DNA of 13,450 bases, from IMG/VR virus record IMGVR_UViG_3300035184_001394, positions 64,001 through 77,450 of that record; one strand, written 5' to 3'. This document shows, piece after piece, positions 1 through 8,100 of the stretch; position 1 is the stretch's first letter, and each line of letters opens with the position of its first letter. Source of the stretch: a virus. Its lineage: Duplodnaviria; Heunggongvirae; Uroviricota; Caudoviricetes. The notes beneath the pieces were generated by a model. That model made no database searches and was not told the DNA's origin. It worked only from the letters and a program-made list of their open reading frames with translations. The position numbers and the translations under genes are program-made.

Positions 1-3000
1 ACTTCAAAATCGGCATTGATATTTAACACTGGAATGTTTAGTGTCAAAGAAACAACTGACACTATACTTCCAGTAAGAGTTCAAGAGAGTATTACACCTA
101 ACAGTGCAGCTTTTACAATAAGCGCATCACCGGGCGATGATTTTAACGTTGATAATACTGATTTAGTTGTTATATCTAACACTAATACATTCATTCCAAT
201 TACGAGTGTATCTACAACCTCAAATTCTAGTATACTGAATGTACAGTTAAATTCGAGTATAACAAGTGGCACAATTTATTACAATAAACGAATTCAGGGA
301 GCAGTTCCTCACACTAAAGAAGTTAAAACTCCATTTGTCGGAGTACCATATACAACAGCAGTAACAAAGTATAGTTTAGGTTTCCCAGATGTATTTAGAA
401 TAGTGAGTATTGTTGATCCGTCTAATAATGATTTTACTGATAGTTTCCGTTTAAAATCAAATCAGAAAAATCAGTATTACGATTTATCTTATATGGAATA
501 TATTCAGGGGCGACCAAAACCATCAAGCGGCGTTCAACTTACAGTTGGTGTGAGAGTATTTGAATTGAGCACTGTTACTGGTGAATACTTCTTTACAGTA
601 AATAGTTATCCAAACACTTTAGATCAAAGCGATATTCCAATCTATGATAGTGGTAATAAAACACGATATAATTTAAGAGAGTCTTTTGATTTTAGACCAT
701 ATGTTGATATCGATCCAGCAGCAAATTATAACGCGCTTGTAAGTGCGCCATCAGTTATAACAAATACCGTTGATAGTATACCCCCAACTTTTGTTAATAA
801 CGGGATTGGTTTAATACCAGCTCTTAACACGAGTGCAACAACTGATATTGAATCATACCTAAGTAGAATTGATTTAATAACGGTTGATTCTTACGGTGAA
901 ATCAATTTAGTTAAAGGTAAAGAAGATAGTTTTGCAGTTCCTCCAAAAACTAGTTCTGATAAATTAGCAATTGCGCAGATTAAAGTTCCAGGATTTCCTG
1001 CATTATCTGCACAAGAAGCTGCAGAGTCTGGTAAACGTGAATACGCTATTAAAGCTAAATCTATTGGCACTAAAAATTACACGATGAAAGATATTAAAAG
1101 TCTTGAAAGAAAAGTTGATGATTTAGTTTACTATATATCTTTAAGTCAGCTTGAAACTGATACTCAAAACTTATCAATACTTGATGAGAATGGATTATCT
1201 CGTTTCAAGAATGGTTTCTTAGTTGACCCATTTAACGATTTGTCACTCGCCAACGTCGAAAATACTAAATTTGATGCTGCAGTGCCTTTTAACAAAAAGA
1301 TTTTAATGCCTTCAGTTAAAACTTTCCCATTAGATCTTAAATACAAATCTTCCACTGGGGCAGCTGTATTTCCATCTCCAAGTAACATAAAAGTTGCTAC
1401 TGTAGCTAGAGATGAAACTACCGCTGATGTAACTATACTATCTCAATATTTTGCTTCAGAATTCAGAAACTGTGTAAGTAACTTTTACAGTTACAACGGA
1501 AGTGGTGTTGTGTCTCCTCCATATGACGCAGCATATGACACTACAACAAATCCACTTAATTTGGAAATAGACTTAATTACTCCATTCCAAGATTTTGTTG
1601 ATAATCTCCAAGAGTTTGTACCACTTACCGATTCTTCAGCAAGAACAGAATTTGTAGGCGATGGTAATAGATTTAGTGGTATAGAAACTACAACTACTAG
1701 TAACAGACAATTGACGTTTACAGAACAGACTGGTGAAAATTCAGTTGGTGAATTTGTTACTAATTTTCAGTTTAATCCTTATATGGAATCAAGAGATATT
1801 AAAGTTTATATGTCTGGATTACGTCCAGACACTAATCATTATTTCTTCTTTGATGAAGTTCCAGTCGCTAATTTTATTATACCAGGATCACACGTTGATG
1901 CTGCTGATGATATTGAAAGATTTGGGCAATTTGGAGATATAGTAAAAACTGATGAATTTGGAGTACTAAGAGCAGTATTCAATATACCTAGTGCAACGTT
2001 CTTTGTTGGTGATCGGGTATTACAGATTGCTGATGTTGATGATTACAATAGTATCGATTCTGGTTCAACATCAAGAGGTATTGTCACATACAGAGCGTAC
2101 AACTTCTCAGTTGAAAAAGCTTCATTAACAACTTCTACTCGAGCTCCGGATTTTGATATTGCAACTACTACAACTACAAGAAATCTGCCTCGTAGACCAA
2201 TCACGGGTAGAGATCCACTCGCTCAAACATTCTTTGTTAAATCCGGTATGGGTAAAGGTTCTAATTCTGTATTCTTATCAAAAGTTGATTTATTCTTTAA
2301 AAGAGTGAGTACAGTTAATGGTGTAACTGTTATGATACGTGAAGTATTAAATGGTTATCCAACAAATCAAACTATACCTTTCTCTAGGGTTCATTACAAA
2401 CACAATCAAGTAAATGTGTCTGACGACGCATCTGCTGCTACTACTTTTAATTTTGATGCACCAGTCAGACTTGATGTTGATAAAGAATATTGCATAGTAG
2501 TTATGCCTGACGCAAACGACCCCAATTATTTAATATTCACTTCTAAAGTCGGTGGTGTTGATTTAACACCTGGACCTACTCAAGGCCAATCGATAGTTCA
2601 AGATTGGGGTGACGGTGTATTATTTACGTCTACTAACGATCGAGCTTGGAAGTCGTATCAAGATGAAGATGTTAAGTTTAACTTATATAGACACAATTTC
2701 GCGCCAGGTGATGCTACAATTACACTTACACATAGTGATCACGAATTCTTATCAGTTGATGATATAACTGGTAAATTTAATGTTGGCGAATTAATATATC
2801 AAGAAAAAGGTTCAAATACTAATGTCGGTATAAGCATCGCAGGTGGAGCAGTTATAACTGGTGGCAGCACAGTAATTGGTGATGTATATAACGCCGGCGA
2901 TTATATTTTATTAACTAATGGTGCTTTAACACGTAAAGATATATTCAAAATATTAAGTATTGATGCTGGTTTAAATACAGCTGTAGTAAATAAACCATCA

Positions 3001-3906
3001 AGTTTTAATGGTGTTTTTGGTGCTCCAGTTGTTGTTGGTAGATTATCTTATTATAATACACGTAATCCAAACGAAATGCATCTTGATAACAGTTCAGCAA
3101 GGAGTAATAGATTATTTTCATCATCATCTATTATAAAGGGTCTAGATAGTGGATTTAATGCCAACTTAGTAAGTGTTGATGATATTAATATAAGCTATGT
3201 ACAACCAATGATTATGAAAGCAAACGATTCTGTTTCTACTATAAGCATGTCGGGAACTTTTGTAAGTCCTAAAGATGTTAATGTGACATATAATAAAGAA
3301 ATGAAGTTCAACGATAATAACCATTTTAATAATAACGGTGTTGTTGTTTATAGTAAATCAAATGATGTTAATGGAACTAAATCGTTTGACATAAATATAG
3401 ATATAAGTAATGATCAAAACGTAACATCAACTGGTGTTGTTGATATTGAAATTTCTAAATTAATAGCTTATCAATATAAAATAACAAGTTCACCAGATAC
3501 TACGTCCTCGTATATTTCGAAGACTATTGAATTAGCTGAAGATTTAGACGCAGAAGATTTAAATTTGATAATTACCGGTTATAGACCAAATGGTACAGAT
3601 ATTAAAACTTATATACGACCTCAGAATGAATTTGATAGTGACAACTTTGATTCGGTTGAATGGATAGAGCTTGAATTATTTGAAGGTGTTGGAACTTATT
3701 CATCTACTACAAACATCAATGATTATCGGGAATTTAAATATCGTGTAGCTAGTGCAAATAAAGATGTAAATGGAGCAATAACTTACACAAGCAACGCAGG
3801 TGATTTCTCAGGTTATAGAAAGTTTGCTATTCGAATAGATATGCTTTCTGATAATATACATTCAGTTCCAACTCTTAAAGATTATAGAGGGATTGCTTTA
3901 ACATAA
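1..3906 (+). CDS. Large baseplate/virion structural protein, DUF4815/VrlC-like (5'-truncated; true start lies upstream of the window)
   Basis: Frame 1 is open from base 1 (act tca aaa tcg gca ttg...), so the TTG at 16 is probably not the real start. Stop TAA at 3904-3906. Motifs typical of DUF4815/VrlC-like proteins of T4-like phages: 'RFKNGFLVDPF', 'RDPLAQTFFV' (2209-2238), 'SKVDLFFKR...VMIREVLNGYPT', 'DVKFNLYRHNF' (2668-2700), C-terminal 'FAIRIDMLSD...VPTLKDYRGIALT'. Family recognised from memory. Confidence 0.78.
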   Translation, partial: TSKSALIFNTGMFSVKETTDTILPVRVQESITPNSAAFTISASPGDDFNVDNTDLVVISNTNTFIPITSVSTTSNSSILNVQLNSSITSGTIYYNKRIQGAVPHTKEVKTPFVGVPYTTAVTKYSLGFPDVFRIVSIVDPSNNDFTDSFRLKSNQKNQYYDLSYMEYIQGRPKPSSGVQLTVGVRVFELSTVTGEYFFTVNSYPNTLDQSDIPIYDSGNKTRYNLRESFDFRPYVDIDPAANYNALVSAPSVITNTVDSIPPTFVNNGIGLIPALNTSATTDIESYLSRIDLITVDSYGEINLVKGKEDSFAVPPKTSSDKLAIAQIKVPGFPALSAQEAAESGKREYAIKAKSIGTKNYTMKDIKSLERKVDDLVYYISLSQLETDTQNLSILDENGLSRFKNGFLVDPFNDLSLANVENTKFDAAVPFNKKILMPSVKTFPLDLKYKSSTGAAVFPSPSNIKVATVARDETTADVTILSQYFASEFRNCVSNFYSYNGSGVVSPPYDAAYDTTTNPLNLEIDLITPFQDFVDNLQEFVPLTDSSARTEFVGDGNRFSGIETTTTSNRQLTFTEQTGENSVGEFVTNFQFNPYMESRDIKVYMSGLRPDTNHYFFFDEVPVANFIIPGSHVDAADDIERFGQFGDIVKTDEFGVLRAVFNIPSATFFVGDRVLQIADVDDYNSIDSGSTSRGIVTYRAYNFSVEKASLTTSTRAPDFDIATTTTTRNLPRRPITGRDPLAQTFFVKSGMGKGSNSVFLSKVDLFFKRVSTVNGVTVMIREVLNGYPTNQTIPFSRVHYKHNQVNVSDDASAATTFNFDAPVRLDVDKEYCIVVMPDANDPNYLIFTSKVGGVDLTPGPTQGQSIVQDWGDGVLFTSTNDRAWKSYQDEDVKFNLYRHNFAPGDATITLTHSDHEFLSVDDITGKFNVGELIYQEKGSNTNVGISIAGGAVITGGSTVIGDVYNAGDYILLTNGALTRKDIFKILSIDAGLNTAVVNKPSSFNGVFGAPVVVGRLSYYNTRNPNEMHLDNSSARSNRLFSSSSIIKGLDSGFNANLVSVDDINISYVQPMIMKANDSVSTISMSGTFVSPKDVNVTYNKEMKFNDNNHFNNNGVVVYSKSNDVNGTKSFDINIDISNDQNVTSTGVVDIEISKLIAYQYKITSSPDTTSSYISKTIELAEDLDAEDLNLIITGYRPNGTDIKTYIRPQNEFDSDNFDSVEWIELELFEGVGTYSSTTNINDYREFKYRVASANKDVNGAITYTSNAGDFSGYRKFAIRIDMLSDNIHSVPTLKDYRGIALT

Positions 3907-4088
3907 TGGATATGATTAAAGATACGAAATCTGGTGCTGTTATTAACAAAGACAAAACGACTTTGAATAAATATAAATTAGACAGAAAGTATCAGAGAAA
4001 AGTTGACAAATTAGAGGCAGATATTGAAGAGATGCAATCGTTTATCTCAGCAATCTGTGAAAGACTAAATAATTTAGAGCAGAGATAA
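3906..4088 (+). CDS. Small (60 aa) protein with C-terminal coiled coil, of the type found just downstream of DUF4815/VrlC-like genes
   Basis: ATG overlaps the upstream stop (TAATG at 3904-3908). The N-terminal 'IKDTKSGAVIN' resembles the 'RD..SGAIIN' motif of small T4-like phage proteins at this position. The C-terminal heptad pattern is 'VDKLEADIEEMQSFISAICERLNNLEQR'. Confidence 0.75.
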   Translation: MDMIKDTKSGAVINKDKTTLNKYKLDRKYQRKVDKLEADIEEMQSFISAICERLNNLEQR

Positions 4089-4089
4089 A

Positions 4090-5088
4090 ATGGCCAAAGC
4101 AACAATACAAGATATATTAACAACACAAACTTTTCAGAGTTGGTTTGATAAAACTAACGAAATTGTTGGGCTGATGCGCGAAGAAGTTGTAACAGCTTCA
4201 ACTGGTGGAGATTCAACAATTGGTAATGTGACACTCGTTGGTGATTTTAATTCATCGAATATGAGCACTAGTGGCACGTTACAAACAAACACGATAACAA
4301 ATTTTACTGGCGGTAATAGTATAGTTTTTAACTCTTCAGTACAATTAGAAGGCACATCAGATATTTGTGCAACGTTTAATTTCGGTTCAACTGGCGGACT
4401 TACTCGATATTCAAGTGATACGTTCTCTTGGGATATTGGTTTACAAGGAACGAGTTTTATTATCAATACAGGTGTTGGTGATAACGTATTTGAATTATCG
4501 TCAGCTGGTACATTGACAATTCCAGATTTAGTCGTATCTGGAAGTATAAGTGGTGCTGGGTTTGTATCAGACAGCATAGCAGAAGGCAATACTAATTTAT
4601 TCTACACTGACTCTCGAGTATCATCAGCAATAAGTTCAACTGTTAATAAAGTTTTTGTTGACGCACTTAATATTAACGCCGATAGATTAAACGGAGTTAA
4701 CTCAACTCTATTCATGAGAAATGACTCTACTCAGTCATTAAACGGGAGTCTTACAGTTAATGGCAACGTCAATGTTTCCGGTAATGTTACAACTGATTAT
4801 TCTGCTTCTGATATTAACTTAAAAGAAAATTTAGTTAAGATTGATGACTCGTTATGTAAAGTATCAATATTAAGTGGATATACATTCAATTATATAAATA
4901 GACCAAATGAAAGAGTTGCAGGTTTAGTAGCACAAGAAGTAGAAAGAGTTCTACCTGAAGCGGTTTACGAATTCGAGAATAGTGAAGGCGAAGTGTACAA
5001 GGCTGTTCGTTATGGAAACATAGTTTCTTTATTAGTTGAAGCTATCAAAGAATTAAGTGAAAAAGTAGAAAGATTAGAAAATAAATAA
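4090..5088 (+). CDS. Short tail fibre/spike protein with C-terminal intramolecular chaperone (peptidase S74) domain
   Basis: N-terminal anchor-type motif 'TQTFQSWFDKTNEI'. Fibre motifs 'IAEGNTNLFYTDSRV' and 'NADRLNGVNSTLFMRND'. The S74 signature starts at 'SDINLKENL' (Ser codon 4807) and continues 'GYTFNY...GLVAQEVERVLPEAV...VRYGNIVSLLVEAIKELSEKVERLE'. Confidence 0.88.
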   Translation: MAKATIQDILTTQTFQSWFDKTNEIVGLMREEVVTASTGGDSTIGNVTLVGDFNSSNMSTSGTLQTNTITNFTGGNSIVFNSSVQLEGTSDICATFNFGSTGGLTRYSSDTFSWDIGLQGTSFIINTGVGDNVFELSSAGTLTIPDLVVSGSISGAGFVSDSIAEGNTNLFYTDSRVSSAISSTVNKVFVDALNINADRLNGVNSTLFMRNDSTQSLNGSLTVNGNVNVSGNVTTDYSASDINLKENLVKIDDSLCKVSILSGYTFNYINRPNERVAGLVAQEVERVLPEAVYEFENSEGEVYKAVRYGNIVSLLVEAIKELSEKVERLENK

Positions 5089-5128
5089 GATATTCTTAGT
5101 TACAGCTTATCTACAATGCTTCAAATTA

Positions 5129-5136
5129 GATAAATA
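5129..5136 (+). promoter_or_regulatory. Candidate T4-like late promoter (NATAAATA)
   Basis: GATAAATA lies in the only sizeable intergenic gap (5089-5158), 22 nt before the ATG of the 2227-aa gene. The motif also occurs inside coding sequence in this AT-rich DNA, so only its position supports the call. Confidence 0.4.
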
Positions 5137-5138
5137 AA

Positions 5139-5152
5139 AGGAAAAGGGTAGG
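5139..5152 (+). promoter_or_regulatory. Purine-rich ribosome binding region for the 2227-aa gene
   Basis: AGGAAAAGGGTAGG ends 6 nt before the ATG at 5159. Confidence 0.55.
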
Positions 5153-5158
5153 CTATGT

Positions 5159-8100
5159 ATGTCTAAGATTTCAGAATTAGGTCCAATCACAGGCGCCAAT
5201 ACAAGATCAGAAGATCTTTTTGTTGTTGTTAACCTTTTGCAAGGTGATGACGGCACAAAAAAAATATCGCGCGCAGAATTAGTACAGTCAATTCAATACG
5301 AAGATTTTGATAGAATTTCTATAACTGGTGGCACAATTACTAGTGTGATCATGACTAATTCAGATTTAGATGATGTAAGAATCACAGAATCTACTTTTGA
5401 TTCAGGTTCTATTACAACCTCGTCTTTTACAGACGGTTCAATATCATTTTCAACAGCCAATAATATAACTATGGTCGATTCAACATTTGAATTTGGCGAT
5501 ATAGATCAAAGTACATTTAATAACGGTGAAATCTTAAATACAACAGCGGCTAATGTATCAATAGAAAATTCTACTTTTAATGACGGTATAATATCAAACA
5601 CAACAATTTCAGATTCATCAGCTAATAATGTATCTCTTGAGAATTCTGTATTTGAAGATGGTGTTATACTCAATTCAAGTCTTGTAGATTTTGATATGGA
5701 TTTGAACAACAAATACAGCCAACCAGTTATTGATGAAAACTCTTATTTTGCACTTAAAAATGCTAAAACTGGTGAGACAGAACAATTCTCATATAAACAA
5801 TTTTTTAGTGCTCTTGCCAAGACAACAGAGAAAGCACTGAAAGTTCATGTAGATTCTGGCGGCGATGATGCGTATCCGGGTACTATTTTACAACCAGTCC
5901 GCACACTACAGAGAGCTAGCGAATTAGCATTAGAAAAAGCCGGTGGATTTTACGACAGAAACGATATCAATAACGCAGTTCATATTAGTGTCGGGCCAGG
6001 GTCTTATTTCTTAAAAGAAAGTGTTTTGTTACCAGACGATTGTTCTTTGTCATCTACTGCTGGACAATACGCTACACTTATTGAAATGGAAAGAGGCTAT
6101 GAAAGAACTAACGGAATATTAGTTGGCTCTGGTTGCTATGTTCAAGGCTTTGGATTCATGAACTTTGAAGTAGATAATTTTGATTATCCAACTACTGGTT
6201 TTGGCGTTGCATATCGACCAGGTGCTCTTTTAAGACGTTCTCCATATATTCGAGATTGTTCTCAATTATCAAACTTTAACCGTCTTGATGTTGAGCCACC
6301 TTTACAACCATTCAACTCAAAAGGCACAATCTCAGATTTAGGAACAGAACTCGTGCTAGACACGGATCATTCTGGATTGTTCTTAGAAGGAGATGAGGTA
6401 ACATTTTCGAGCGGTTCAGCTGGTTTCATAACTTATATAACAGACCTACCAACAGAAAATAAAATATATGTCAGAAACTTAAACGGTGTTGTTGGTGTTG
6501 GTGACATGTTATATGCTGAATCTGGCGGTACTGGAACAATTAATATAGTAGGTCCAGAAGATTTCCCTAATCCATTAGTTGGAAGAGGTGGTGGTTGTGT
6601 ATTAGCAGATAGACGAGTTCTTGATACTGATTCACTATACACATACGTATTATGTTTTGGTTTTACTCCACGTACTCAAAACGGTTTAGGTTATGTTGCA
6701 AGAAACGGCGCTGGTATTAACGGTATTGGTTCGTTATCAATATTTGTTCGATGTGCATTCTATGCTTTAGATGGTGGACAAATGACGTTGAACAACTCTG
6801 GTACTCAGTTTGGTGACATATCAATGAGAGCCAAAGGTTCAACTAAAGTATTTCAACCTAGATCTACGAGCGCTGTTTTAATACAAGATAAAGCGTTTGC
6901 TGACTCATTATCAGAGAATAAAGATGATATTATTGCCGATGTTGTGGAATTTATAACATCTAATACTGCATCAGGCGGTTTAGATTATAAAGCTTATGAC
7001 GCAGAGAAATGCAAACGTGATTCAGGTATCATTATTGATAGTGTCGGATATGACATTGCGCTAGATTCAAACTACTGGGGAAGACTATGTGGTATAACAT
7101 ACCGCAGTCCAATATCTTATGTTGTTGTAAATGAACAGTTAACAGAAACAACTGGAGCAATTAACCACTTAAAAGTTAACGTAGATACTTTATTTGCAAA
7201 CTCAAGCAATACAATAAGTGATAGAGCTAATACCTCATTCTCAGAAATACTTAATGTGCTTGAGTACGGTGAAGATTACGCTACTCCAATTACATTTGCA
7301 GATACTGGCGTTGTAGCAAGAACTGCTTCAAGAGAATTACTGCAAGATAACAAAGAACTTATTACTGAAGAGTTAATTGATTGGATTGAAGATAACGACG
7401 AATTCTTTGCTTATGACAGTGTTAAATGTCGTCGCGATACTACCGATTATATTTTACCTGCAGTAAGATACGACATGATGTTAGAAACAAATTACAATTC
7501 TGTTACTGCCGGAAACGCTTATTATATGGCGACTGCTGGCAAGGTCGTAAACAATCAGAAAGAAGAAACAATATCAGCGTATACACGGCTACGTGACCAG
7601 ACAAACGAAATAATTGCAAGTACAACGAGTAAAACAAGATCAGATGCTGCTTTCGACGAAATTGTAGATATTTTAGAAAATGGAGTTACTGCTTCAGATA
7701 CTATCGTATTTAGTGATAACTCAGGAATAAGCGCAAACAGACGCAATGCAAGAATACAACTTCAGAATAACAGATCATATATCCAAGATCATATAATGGG
7801 TTATATCAATGATAATTATTTCATATACAGCGCTGATAAATGTGAACGCGATATTGCTGAATATATTTTACCAGCAGTTCAAAGAGATTTAGTATTAGGT
7901 ACTAACTTTAACTCAATTCAAACAGGAATCGGATATTATTCTGCTACTGCTAGCGAAGTTGTCAACGCACAGTTAACAGAAACTTCAGGCGCTGTAACAC
8001 ACCTTAAAGGATTAGTTAATAGTAGTGTTATTAGTGACTCAAATTCAATTTTAAGAACGAATGCTGCTTTTGATGAAATTATTGATATAATGAATAATGG

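Noticed and set aside
16-18. TTG start codon assigned by the ORF track to the first gene
   Set aside because: The frame is open from base 1, there is no SD, and DUF4815-type proteins extend further N-terminally. The gene is truncated by the window edge.
4893-4900. Perfect T4 late promoter TATAAATA, plus NATAAATA copies at 3966, 5080, 10891 and 12675
   Set aside because: These lie inside coding sequence, and several such heptamers are expected by chance in DNA this AT-rich. Only the intergenic copy at 5129 is kept, at low confidence.
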